The notes under the pieces were generated by a model, which did not search any database, was not told where the DNA came from, and worked only from the letters and a program-made list of their open reading frames with translations. Shown here in pieces: positions 46,027-54,764 of a stretch of DNA of 64,000 nucleotides. A program made the translations under genes and the position numbers. This DNA is from Candidatus Adlerbacteria bacterium. Lineage in GTDB: Bacteria > Patescibacteriota > Minisyncoccia > Phycocordibacterales > SBAW01. Position 1 is the first letter of the stretch. Each line of letters opens with the position of its first letter. The DNA is taken from positions 16,726-80,725 of the forward strand of contig JAQBRA010000005.1 of assembly GCA_028286685.1 (NCBI GenBank). Direction: 5' to 3'.

Positions 46027-46273
46027 GCGGGCTGTCGTAGCGGTGGAAATCGGAACACCTCGAGACTTTCTCGGTGACTAAAGGTCGACTCTAGCTGGGT
46101 CCCCATGGAACAGTTGGACCGGTCTTCGCACCCGCAATGCAGTGCACGCGTGGCAGGCGCGTCCGACACTCCTTCGTGGCAAGCTTGCTAGCCCCCATGA
46201 CGCTGACGTGGATAGGGTCAGCTACGACACAAGTCGCCGTCCCTGCGAAAGCATACGGCGGCTTTTTCTTTTT
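46027..46273 (+). ncRNA. Candidate structured non-coding RNA of unknown class
   Basis: Ends pair (TGTCGTAGC 46033-41 / GCTACGACA 46221-29); several internal hairpins; -10-like GATAAT/TAATAT before; terminator with T tract after; no credible ORF. Confidence 0.55.
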
Positions 46274-46296
46274 ATGGTCATAAGTCGACTTGGCTC

Positions 46297-46432
46297 GCAC
46301 AGGTGCGTTCACGGGTCGAGATTGCTCGTCAGCAATCTTGCCCGCGAACCCGTCTCGCGGTTTTGCAAATGCAAAACATCGCTGCGACCGGCGCACCAGC
46401 AGAAAACCCGCCTCAAGGCGGGTGTTTCTGTC
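46297..46432 (-). repeat. tRNA-associated structured element, copy D (after tRNA-Lys)
   Basis: GACAGAAACACCCGCC-TTGA-GGCGGGTTTTCTGC-TGGTGCGC + core GGTCGCAGCGATG..TGACGA..GTGAAC. Confidence 0.75.
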
Positions 46433-46508
46433 TGGTGCGCCCACCTGGATTCGAACCAGGGACCATCTCCTTAAAAGGGAGCCGCTCTACCGACTGAGCT
46501 ATGGGCGC
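46433..46508 (-). tRNA. tRNA-Lys(TTT)
   Basis: GCGCCCATAGCTCAGTCGGTAGAGC..CTTTTAA..GGTTCGAATCCAGGTGGGCGCACCA. Confidence 0.95.
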
Positions 46509-46659
46509 AAGTGAGGCTAGCAACAGAAACTTGTTTCTGATTGCCCCGAACGCTGCGCCTATATGCCTCATATGGGCGCAGTGGGACCGAACGAGTGCAC
46601 TATAGCAAGAAAAGGGTGTTTATTGTAGAGTGCGGACGGCGCAACAATAGGAGGAAAGA

Positions 46660-46917
46660 TTGAGTGAGAGACCCAAGCGTACGCGCATGGAACACCTGTC
46701 TCAAGTGGCAATTTTCGTCGCAGCAGTCTCAATGGTAGTGGTCGGCGGTGGCAATCCCTGGGGATTTGTCATCGCGCTCGCCATTCAGCCCTTCTGGTTC
46801 TACACCTCATACAACCACAGGCAGTGGGGCCTGTTCTTCGCAAGCTTTATCTATTCGTTCGCATGGATACTCGGTATCTACCGAAACTGGGACTACTATT
46901 TGAGCTTCTTCAACTAA
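46660..46917 (+). CDS. Small membrane protein
   Basis: AGGAGG SD before TTG; WGF..L..QPFW.Y...QWG motif; 3 TM helices. Confidence 0.7.
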   Translation: MSERPKRTRMEHLSQVAIFVAAVSMVVVGGGNPWGFVIALAIQPFWFYTSYNHRQWGLFFASFIYSFAWILGIYRNWDYYLSFFN

Positions 46918-46947
46918 AACGCGCGGCTCCGGCCGCGTGTTCTGCTT

Positions 46948-47499
46948 TTACAGAGTTAAGGCAAAACGCTCAAGCAAAAGGGCCAGGTCGCCGGCGCCGC
47001 GATGGGAGTCATGGTACATCGAGACAATCTCGCGCGAGAGGCCGGCGTCTCTCATGGAGCGGGCCTTCCAAGCCAACAGACCCGCCAAGGCCTCAGGCTT
47101 CTCCCCTGCCCGCATAGCTAAAGTAAGCCCCAGCCACATTCTTTTCTTGTCTCGGGTAGCGAGCGCCGCTGCAACGCCGTACTGGTCGAAAGAAAATTCT
47201 TTCTTAGCCGCTTTGGTTATCTCAATTTTTGCACCCGCCTTGGTCAGCGCCTCGGTCTCCGCCTTGAGCAGCTTTTCCTCCTCAAAAATAAAAGTGTGTG
47301 GAGACTCAACGAGCGCATCAGCGAGATCCAAAAAATCATCTCCCCTATCCGAGTACAGCACTCCCACCAAAACAAACGTGCTGGTGCCGCCAAACAAGCC
47401 AGTTGTAGAAGCGAGCGAACGCAACTCGTCTTGCGTTATGGAGTCCCACTTAAGTTCCTCCGCACCCTTCGCTTTTTGTCCGACAAGTACTTTGAGCAT
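46948..47499 (-). CDS. Truncated DNA polymerase III delta (HolA)-like protein
   Basis: GLFG, F....AL..RDKK..W, GEKPE...G.L.W; directly downstream of polA. Confidence 0.6.
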   Translation of the reverse strand: MLKVLVGQKAKGAEELKWDSITQDELRSLASTTGLFGGTSTFVLVGVLYSDRGDDFLDLADALVESPHTFIFEEEKLLKAETEALTKAGAKIEITKAAKKEFSFDQYGVAAALATRDKKRMWLGLTLAMRAGEKPEALAGLLAWKARSMRDAGLSREIVSMYHDSHRGAGDLALLLERFALTL

Positions 47500-47500
47500 T

Positions 47501-49942
47501 TTATATTTTCTCCATCGTCCCCCAATCCGCTCCTGACTTACCCTCGGCCAAGATCGGCACGCCCTGGGCGTCTTTCTCCGGCAGAGCCTCTTCCATGATC
47601 TTGCGGATCTTGGGCGCGTAGTGCGCGATCTTGTCTTCCCTTATCTCGAATACCAATTCGTCGTGTACCTGCAGCAGCTGGTAGGCATCCATGTTGTCGC
47701 CCAGGAGCTTATCTATCTCGATCATGGCGATCTTTATGATATCGGCCTGCGTGCCCTGCATGGGCGCATTTATCGCCATGCGCTCGGCAGAGGCGCGCAC
47801 GTACGGTATCGGCGACTTGATACCGTCTAAGTAGCGGCGGCGGCCGAACATCGTCTCGGTGTAGCCGTGTTTGTTGGCCTGCCCCTTGATCGAGTCCATA
47901 TAACCCGCCAACCGCGGGAACGCGACAAAGTACTGGTCGTAAAACTCCTGCGCTTCCTTGCGGCTGGTGCCCAAGCCTTGCTGCAGTGCCATAACGCCCA
48001 TGCCGTAGAGGATGCCGAAGTTGATTACTTTGGCCCGGCGTCGCTGCTCGCGCGCATCAAGAGAGCTGTTCTTACCGAACACGCGCGCCGCAACCTCGGC
48101 ATGCACGTCGCGGCCCTCGCGGAATATTTCCAAGAGCCCTTCGTCGCCCGAGAGTATCGCCGCAATGCGCAGCTCGATCTGGGAGTAGTCGAAGGAAACG
48201 AGCTTCATGCCAGGAGTCGCTACGAAGGCGTGGCGGATACGGCGGCCCAGCTCGGTCTTAATAGGAATATTCTGCAGGTTCGGGTCTTTGGATGCCATGC
48301 GGCCCGTTGCTGCGCCGATCTGCACGTAGCGGGTATGCAGGCGGCTTTCTTCGTCGAGCAGCGTCGGAATGGAATCAATGTATGTAGAGAGAAGCTTGGA
48401 GAGCTCGCGGTACGCCAGGATGTCTTCAATAATCGGATGCGTGCCCAGGAGCTTCTGCAGTTCGGACTCCTTGGTCGAGCGCTGGCCGCCGGCCGTTTTC
48501 TTTTTAGTTACGAGGCCGAGCTTATCAAAAAGTATTTCGCCCAGCTGCTTGGGCGAGCTTACATTAAATTCGCCGCCTGCATGCTTGTAGATGCGCGCGC
48601 ATATCTGGTCAAGCTCAGTCCGGTATTCTTTGGAAAGTTTCTTTAAGAAACCCTTGTCGACCAATACTCCCCTTCCCTCCATGCGGCGCAGTACCGGAGA
48701 GAGTGGCAGCTCGATGTCGTTATAAATAAATTCCAGCTCGCGCTCCTTTATCTGGGCGAGCAGATTCGCGTATGCCTCGGCAAAGTCGCGCGACCGACCC
48801 ATGCGGCAGATATCCTCGTAGTCCGGCTCGGCAATATTCGAGTCGAGCACCGAAACGGCAATCGCCGCCTTGTGAAACTCTTCCGGAGGGATATCGGCGC
48901 CGGCGAAAATTTCCGGAAAAATAGTCTGGCCCGATGGGTCCTCACCTAGGGACCCATCGGGAGAACCGAGGACTTTTTTCTGGGAATTTTCGCCAGAGCT
49001 ACCTTCTTGTTTTAGCATCTCCTTGACGCGCGGCATGAGCGAGCGGAAATCAAACTCTGCCAGCATATCCATAACGCGCGCCTGGTCTACGGCCTCATGC
49101 CAGCCCTTCTCGGGTATTTCAAATGTTACCGGCGCATCGCAGCGTATGGTCGCCAGCACTTTGCTGAACTCGGCGCTCTCGCGGTTGTCGGCCACCAGCT
49201 GCACGAAGCGCTTCTGCACACCGGTCTTGGCCGCCACCGCCTCCACGCCCTCTTTTTTTATAGCGGCGTAGATCTTCTCAATAGTGTCATAGGCCTGCAA
49301 AAGCTTGACTGCGCTCCCCTCGCCCACGCCCGGCACGCCCTTTATATTATCGGAGGTGTCGCCCGCGATACCCTTAAGGTCCGGTATGGACTTAGGGCCG
49401 AAGCCGAAGCGCGCATGCACCGCATCCTCGTCATAAAACACCGTGTCGGTGAGCCCTTTGCGCAAGGTAAACACGCGGGTCTTGGTGCCATCCACGAGCT
49501 GCACCGTATCCAAGTCGCCCGAGGCGATAATCACATCTATGTCCTTACTTTTCTTGAGCTGCTCGGCAATAGTGCCCAGCACATCATCAGCCTCGAAGCC
49601 CTGCGCCTCGTAAATCGGAATGCCAAAACCCTTTAAAATATCGCGCGCGCGATTTATCTGCACATACAGGTCGTCGTCAGCCTTGATGCGGTTTGCCTTG
49701 TAGTCCTCGTATGCCGCATGCCGGAAGGTGCCTCCCGGCAAGTCGTAGGCGGCGGCAATATAGTCAGGCTTGAGGTCGTTAATAATCTTAACGAGCATCG
49801 TAATAAGCCCATAGAGCGCGCCCGTGGGCTCGCCTTTGGCGGAGGAAAAATCGGGCATGGCGTGATACGCCCGATGCAGAATTGCATGGGTATCGAGGAT
49901 CACCAGCCTCTTTTGTGCCTTACCCCCCTTCGCCTTAGCCAT
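47501..49942 (-). CDS. polA: DNA polymerase I (5'-3' exonuclease + polymerase; 3'-5' exonuclease region largely absent)
   Basis: EADDVLG, GDTSDNIKGVPGVG, TGRMAS.DPNLQNIP, DYSQIELR, AKVINFGILYG, LQVHDEL. Confidence 0.96.
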   Translation of the reverse strand: MAKAKGGKAQKRLVILDTHAILHRAYHAMPDFSSAKGEPTGALYGLITMLVKIINDLKPDYIAAAYDLPGGTFRHAAYEDYKANRIKADDDLYVQINRARDILKGFGIPIYEAQGFEADDVLGTIAEQLKKSKDIDVIIASGDLDTVQLVDGTKTRVFTLRKGLTDTVFYDEDAVHARFGFGPKSIPDLKGIAGDTSDNIKGVPGVGEGSAVKLLQAYDTIEKIYAAIKKEGVEAVAAKTGVQKRFVQLVADNRESAEFSKVLATIRCDAPVTFEIPEKGWHEAVDQARVMDMLAEFDFRSLMPRVKEMLKQEGSSGENSQKKVLGSPDGSLGEDPSGQTIFPEIFAGADIPPEEFHKAAIAVSVLDSNIAEPDYEDICRMGRSRDFAEAYANLLAQIKERELEFIYNDIELPLSPVLRRMEGRGVLVDKGFLKKLSKEYRTELDQICARIYKHAGGEFNVSSPKQLGEILFDKLGLVTKKKTAGGQRSTKESELQKLLGTHPIIEDILAYRELSKLLSTYIDSIPTLLDEESRLHTRYVQIGAATGRMASKDPNLQNIPIKTELGRRIRHAFVATPGMKLVSFDYSQIELRIAAILSGDEGLLEIFREGRDVHAEVAARVFGKNSSLDAREQRRRAKVINFGILYGMGVMALQQGLGTSRKEAQEFYDQYFVAFPRLAGYMDSIKGQANKHGYTETMFGRRRYLDGIKSPIPYVRASAERMAINAPMQGTQADIIKIAMIEIDKLLGDNMDAYQLLQVHDELVFEIREDKIAHYAPKIRKIMEEALPEKDAQGVPILAEGKSGADWGTMEKI
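48902..48994. repeat. 93-bp imperfect palindrome inserted in frame in polA
   Basis: ggcgaaaatttccggaaaaa..cccgatgggtcc / ggacccatcggg..ttttttctgggaattttcgcc. Confidence 0.75.
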
Positions 49943-49980
49943 GGGGCCATTGTACCCTTGCAGCCTCGTTTGCGTAACCG

Positions 49981-50445
49981 CTAGAGTGCGTCGATATCGC
50001 GCTCGCCGTCAGTGAGATTATCTGCGGAAAACTTCAGCGTCATGTCGGGCTTAGGGAGCCGGCCTTCTATCTTTTCGGGCCATTCCACCACCACCAGGGT
50101 CTCCAAATCGTTTAAAAATTCCTCCGGCCGCAAAGCGTCGAACTCTTCCGGGCTTTCCAGGCGATAGGCGTCTATATGCACCAACCGAGTAAATTTCTTG
50201 TTGATCTCGCTGCCGTGGTTTGAAAGCTCGAGCGGATAGCTTTTCATAAGCACGTAGGTAGGGCTCTGCACCACCTCGCGCACGCCGAGTTCGCGCGCCA
50301 GGGTCTGGACAAACGTGGTCTTCCCCGCCCCCAGATTGCCTTCAAGGGCGAGAATGGTGGCCGCTTCCTTCCGCTCGGCGAGCATAAGGACCGCCAGCAT
50401 GTTGCGGGCGAAGTACGGAAGCTCCCAAAGGGCGACGCGCGTCAT
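49981..50445 (-). CDS. tsaE: tRNA threonylcarbamoyladenosine biosynthesis ATPase
   Basis: GNLGAGKTTF, VQSPTY, HIDAYRL, VEWPE; start re-picked at MTRV. Confidence 0.94.
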   Translation of the reverse strand: MTRVALWELPYFARNMLAVLMLAERKEAATILALEGNLGAGKTTFVQTLARELGVREVVQSPTYVLMKSYPLELSNHGSEINKKFTRLVHIDAYRLESPEEFDALRPEEFLNDLETLVVVEWPEKIEGRLPKPDMTLKFSADNLTDGERDIDAL

Positions 50446-50470
50446 ATGGAAAGGAGTATACAATAATTGC

Positions 50471-52144
50471 ATGGTTGTCTTTAACGAAGCAGAGGGAGAT
50501 AAGCGCTTAGAGTTCCTGCGCAAGCGCGAGGAAGAGGAGCTGGCGCAGATGCTTTCCAAGAAATACGGCGTCGAGTATGTCGACCTTTCCCTGGTGGCGG
50601 TCAACTCCGACGCCCTGCGCATTATCCCGGAAGCCGAGGCAAAATCCGCCGAGGCGGCGGCGTTCGGCAAGGTCAACAAGCGACTCTCGGTCGCCGTACG
50701 CGCACCGGAGAGCACCAAAGTAAAAGAGCTGGTGCAAAAGCTGACCGAGCAGGGATACGAAGTGGTCTTGTTTATGTGCTCGCAGGAGTCCCTTAAGCGC
50801 GCCTACCAGCGCTACGCAGACCTCTCGTATGCAACGGAGACCAAGGCCGGAGTCTTCGAGCTGTCCAACGAAGAGCTTGAGCAGCTCTTGGAGAAAGTTA
50901 AGGGGATAGAAGACATCTCCAAACTCATCACCGAGGCTATCGAGCTCAAAAAAGCCTACCGCATCACGCGCATCATGGAGGTCATCCTGGCCGGAGGACT
51001 CTCGACCGGCGCCTCCGACATCCACTTCGAGCCCGAGGAGGCCCAGGTGCGCCTGCGCTACCGCCTCGACGGCGTTCTGGTAGACGTCGTCAACGTCGAC
51101 CACGAAACCTACCGGCTTATGCTCTCGCGGCTGAAGCTCCTCTCGGGGCTCAAGCTCAACCTCGAAGGCCAGGCGCAGGACGGGCGCTTCTCAATAAAAA
51201 TTAAAGGCGATGAGATTGAGCTGCGCACCTCGCTCTTGCCCGGCAACTACGCCGACACGGTAGTGCTGCGTATCCTCAACCCCAAGGCTATCGGCGTGCA
51301 GCTGGAGGAATTGGGGTTGGAAGAGAAGCTGCGCCTGAAGCTTGAGAAAGAAATAACCAAGCCCAACGGCATGATCCTGACGACCGGCCCCACCGGCTCG
51401 GGAAAAACGACCAGCCTTTACGCCTTTTTGCGCAAGGTAAATAGCCCCGGATCAAAAGTCATTACCATAGAGGACCCTATCGAGTACCACCTGCAGGGCA
51501 TCGTGCAGACCCAGGTGGAGAAAGGCAAATACACCTTTGCCGAAGGACTCCGCTCGGCGCTGCGCCAAGACCCGGACATCATCATGGTCGGAGAAATCCG
51601 CGACGGCGAGGTGGCCGAGGTGGCTATCAATGCGGCGCTCACCGGCCACCTCGTGTTTTCTACCCTTCACACCAACAACGCGGCAGGCTCCTTCCCTCGA
51701 ATGATAGACCTCGGCGTCGACGAGAAAGTTATTTCCTCTGCGGTTAATGCCGCGCTCGCCCAGCGCCTCGTGCGCAAACTCTGCCAAAACTGCAAAGTAC
51801 AGCGGCCCGCTACGCCCGAAGAAAAAATACTAGTAGACAAGCACCTCTCAACCATAACCGACCGCGCGCTCGTTCCCGAGAAATCCGACCTGGTGTGGGA
51901 TGCGAACCCCGCAGGCTGTCAGATGTGCCACGGCCGCGGCTACAAGGGCCGGGTGGGCATCTTCGAGGCGGTATTTATGGACGAAGCAATAGAAACGATC
52001 CTGCGCAGCAAGCCCTCGGAGCGCGAGATTGCCGCGGCCGCCAAGCCCCAAGGCATCCCAACTATGCAGGAAGACGGCGTTATGAAGGTCCTGCGCGGCA
52101 TCACGAGCCTGGAAGAACTCAAGCGCGTGATTGATTTGGACTAG
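50471..52144 (+). CDS. pilB: GspE/PilB family type IV pilus assembly ATPase
   Basis: ASDIHFEP, QDGRF, GPTGSGKTT, TIEDPIEY, LRQDPDIIMVGEIRD, CxxC..CxxC, GYKGR. Confidence 0.9.
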   Translation: MVVFNEAEGDKRLEFLRKREEEELAQMLSKKYGVEYVDLSLVAVNSDALRIIPEAEAKSAEAAAFGKVNKRLSVAVRAPESTKVKELVQKLTEQGYEVVLFMCSQESLKRAYQRYADLSYATETKAGVFELSNEELEQLLEKVKGIEDISKLITEAIELKKAYRITRIMEVILAGGLSTGASDIHFEPEEAQVRLRYRLDGVLVDVVNVDHETYRLMLSRLKLLSGLKLNLEGQAQDGRFSIKIKGDEIELRTSLLPGNYADTVVLRILNPKAIGVQLEELGLEEKLRLKLEKEITKPNGMILTTGPTGSGKTTSLYAFLRKVNSPGSKVITIEDPIEYHLQGIVQTQVEKGKYTFAEGLRSALRQDPDIIMVGEIRDGEVAEVAINAALTGHLVFSTLHTNNAAGSFPRMIDLGVDEKVISSAVNAALAQRLVRKLCQNCKVQRPATPEEKILVDKHLSTITDRALVPEKSDLVWDANPAGCQMCHGRGYKGRVGIFEAVFMDEAIETILRSKPSEREIAAAAKPQGIPTMQEDGVMKVLRGITSLEELKRVIDLD

Positions 52145-52159
52145 GTTTTGTTTAGACAC

Positions 52160-52196
52160 GAAACCCCCCGAGGTCAATCTGGCCTCGGGGGGTCTA
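52160..52196. terminator. Hairpin terminator after pilB / candidate 6S RNA
   Basis: accccccgagg-tcaatctgg-cctcggggggt. Confidence 0.6.
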
Positions 52197-52213
52197 CGGG
52201 TGTAAACTAGGAG

Positions 52214-52378
52214 TTAGGAAGAGTTCACCGCCAAGCAATGCACATCATCGACTAGCGATGAAGCGGAAGTCGCATCTAAGGATGACCCCCGCGCTTTTGT
52301 ATAAAACAAATGCCAGAGCGTCCTCGGTACGGTTCCAAAACGGTAAAGCCGCATTGCTTGATGGTGAACTTCTCCCAA
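52214..52378 (-). ncRNA. Candidate 6S RNA
   Basis: ~165-nt rod: ~28-bp closing stem (GAGAAGTTCACCATCAAGCAATGC / GCATTGCTTGGCGGTGAACTCTTC), central bubble with a 3' hairpin, long imperfect apical stem; GU pairs favour the minus strand. Confidence 0.55.
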
Positions 52379-52446
52379 TAGTTCAAAAGAAAAGCCCTCC
52401 GGTTGGAGGTGCTGTCTATTGGGTATCCTAGCATGCTATCGATTTT

Positions 52447-53481
52447 ATGTCAAGCGACTCCACAGAGCCCCTCGAAAATGTGGCTCAACCGCAAGGTGGT
52501 GAGACTTACCTCGACCAAACCCTGCGCCCAGCCTCTTGGGACGAGTACGTCGGCCAAGACGCCGTCAAAAACAACCTCCACATCCTCATTTCGGCCGCCA
52601 AAGAGCGCCAAACCCCTCCCGAACACGTCCTTTTTTACGGTCCCCCGGGCCTCGGCAAGACTACCCTGGCCCACCTTATCGCCCGCGAGCTCGGCGGCGC
52701 CCTGCGCTCTACCTCCGGCCCCGCCATTGAGCGCGTCGGCGACCTGGCAGCACTGCTGACCAACCTCAATCCGGGCGACATCCTTTTCATAGACGAGATA
52801 CACCGCCTATCGCGCAGCATCGAGGAAGTCCTCTACCCTGCCATGGAGTCGGGCGTGCTCAATATTATCATCGGCAAGGGCCCCTCGGCCCGCACTATAG
52901 AGCTGCCGCTGCCGCCTTTTACCTTAGTTGCCGCCACGACGCGCGTCGCCGACCTTTCTGCCCCGCTGCGCTCGCGCTTTTCTGGCGGCGTATACCGCCT
53001 GGAGTTTTATACCGAAGACGACATCGCCCACATCGTCAGGCGCTCGGCTAAAATACTCGGCGTTGAAGTAGAGGAAGGCGGCGTGCGCGAGATAGCCAAG
53101 CGCGCCCGCTCCACGCCACGCACCGCCAACTATCTCTTGAAGCGAGCCCGCGACTACGCGCAGCTCAAGCGCGAGTCTCTCTCTGAACGATCGGTCAGCG
53201 AAGCTTTGGGCATGCTCGAGGTGGATGTGCTGGGACTCACTCCCCTGGACCGCAAGCTGCTTACGGTCTTGATCGAGCGCTTTAACGGCGGACCAGCAGG
53301 CGTCTCGGCACTTGCCGCAGCACTTGCCGAGGAGCCCGCTACCCTCTCGGAAGTCCACGAGCCCTTCCTCTTACAGCTCGGTCTCATAGAGCGCACGCAG
53401 CGCGGCCGTGTCGCCACAAGAAAAGCCTACGAGCATGTCGGCAAAACTCCTCCCGCAGATTTGAACGAGCGTCTGATATAA
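52447..53481 (+). CDS. ruvB: Holliday junction helicase RuvB
   Basis: [50 protein letters not shown]. Confidence 0.97.
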   Translation: MSSDSTEPLENVAQPQGGETYLDQTLRPASWDEYVGQDAVKNNLHILISAAKERQTPPEHVLFYGPPGLGKTTLAHLIARELGGALRSTSGPAIERVGDLAALLTNLNPGDILFIDEIHRLSRSIEEVLYPAMESGVLNIIIGKGPSARTIELPLPPFTLVAATTRVADLSAPLRSRFSGGVYRLEFYTEDDIAHIVRRSAKILGVEVEEGGVREIAKRARSTPRTANYLLKRARDYAQLKRESLSERSVSEALGMLEVDVLGLTPLDRKLLTVLIERFNGGPAGVSALAAALAEEPATLSEVHEPFLLQLGLIERTQRGRVATRKAYEHVGKTPPADLNERLI

Positions 53482-53495
53482 CGTACTCTCTTTGT

Positions 53496-54020
53496 ATGGC
53501 AGGACATTCCAAGTGGGCAAAATTAAAACACACCAAAGGTAAGACCGACGCCCAGAAGGCGAAATTATTCTCAAAGCACGTGCGCATCATCGGCGTCGAG
53601 CTGAGGAAGGCCAAGGGCAATAAGACTGCCGCGGGCGTGCGCAACGCGGTCGAGCGGGCGCTTGCGGACAATATGCCCAAGGACAATATCGAGCGGGCGC
53701 TCAACAAGAACGACGGTGTCGAATTGGAACTGGTTACCTACGAGGCCTACGGCCCGGGCGGCACCGCGATGGTCATAGAAGCCTACACCGACAACCGCAA
53801 TCGCACGGTACAGGAGCTAAAGCATCTCCTGAGCCTCCACGAGGGCTCTTTGGCTAACCCCGGGGCGGCTATGTGGGCGTTCCAGAAGAACGCCGAAGGC
53901 GTACTTGAACCTGTCTCCCCGCTTGAACTATCGGAAGAAGACAACCAGAAGGTCGCCAACCTTATGGAAGCGCTCGAAGAGCACGACGACGTCAACAACA
54001 TTTATACGAATGCGGCCTAG
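53496..54020 (+). CDS. yebC: YebC/PmpR family protein (short)
   Basis: MAGHSKW, NMPKDNIERA, YEAYGPGG, TDNRNRT, LEEHDDV..IYTN. Confidence 0.93.
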   Translation: MAGHSKWAKLKHTKGKTDAQKAKLFSKHVRIIGVELRKAKGNKTAAGVRNAVERALADNMPKDNIERALNKNDGVELELVTYEAYGPGGTAMVIEAYTDNRNRTVQELKHLLSLHEGSLANPGAAMWAFQKNAEGVLEPVSPLELSEEDNQKVANLMEALEEHDDVNNIYTNAA

Positions 54021-54035
54021 TAGTAGACTACGGGC

Positions 54036-54545
54036 ATGAGAGTACTGGCATTCGATCCTGGCTACGAGCGGCTCGGCGTTGCCGTAGTTGAAAAGCAGGG
54101 CGGCAAGGACGTGCTGTTGCACTCCGAGTGCGTACGCACTGCGGCCTCGCTCCCCTTCCATGAGCGCCTGGCCGAGCTGGGCGCCGCCGCCGAGGCGCTT
54201 ATAAAAACCTGGCAGCCGGAAGCGGTCGCGCTCGAGGAAGTTTTTTTCGAGAAGAACGCCAAGACCGCCATGCAGGTCGCCGAAGTGCGCGGCATGCTTT
54301 CCTATATAGCCGCTGCGCGCAGGCTGGCGCTCTACCAGTACAAGCCTGCAGAGGTAAAAATTGCCGTAACGGGACACGGAGCGAGCGACAAGAAGGCTGT
54401 GGCGCTCATGGTGCCCCGATTGGTAGCGATGTCGCAGAAAAAACGCCTTGATGACGAGCTGGATGCTATAGCGATAGGGCTCACCTGCCTCGCTTCGGTC
54501 CGGATACCAGGCCTTGCCGAGAGCCGCTATCCACAGCGTAATTAG
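54036..54545 (+). CDS. ruvC: Holliday junction resolvase RuvC
   Basis: LAFDPG, ALEEVFF.KN, VKIAVTG.G...K, DDELDAIAI. Confidence 0.95.
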   Translation: MRVLAFDPGYERLGVAVVEKQGGKDVLLHSECVRTAASLPFHERLAELGAAAEALIKTWQPEAVALEEVFFEKNAKTAMQVAEVRGMLSYIAAARRLALYQYKPAEVKIAVTGHGASDKKAVALMVPRLVAMSQKKRLDDELDAIAIGLTCLASVRIPGLAESRYPQRN

Positions 54546-54628
54546 GAATAATGTTGCAAAGATCCATGAGTTTGGTAAAACTCGTGTGTTAAGGTCCCGC
54601 AGTGATTATAAAAACTAGTTTTGTAACC

Positions 54629-54763
54629 ATGTTTGAAGAACTTGAGCACGAAATGATGATGGCGGAGGAAGAGGAGCTCGAAAACTCCCCCACCGGCGAA
54701 GAGGCCGAGGAAGAGGAGGAGGAAAAAGAGGCGGGCCTCGACGAAGAGGAAGAGGTCATCTAA
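54629..54763 (+). CDS. 44-aa extremely acidic small protein (not in ORF track)
   Basis: MFEELEHEMMMAEEEELENSPTGEEAEEEEEEKEAGLDEEEEVI; promoter-like TTGCAA..TGGTAAAAC upstream and terminator directly after. Confidence 0.7.
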   Translation: MFEELEHEMMMAEEEELENSPTGEEAEEEEEEKEAGLDEEEEVI

Positions 54764-54764
54764 T

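Noticed and set aside
46027-46273. RNase P, tmRNA or SRP identity for the structured RNA
   Set aside because: No GAGGAAAGUCC, no tRNA-like ends or tag ORF, and no SRP helix-8 motif seen.
50315-50718. Apparent overlap of extended tsaE and pilB ORFs
   Set aside because: An artefact of longest-ORF calling; the real starts at 50445 and 50471 are divergent and do not overlap.
52276-52386. 36-codon TTG-start ORF with a GGAGG upstream
   Set aside because: It lies within a long RNA-like inverted repeat and the peptide is featureless; an ncRNA explains the region better, though the ORF is not fully excluded.
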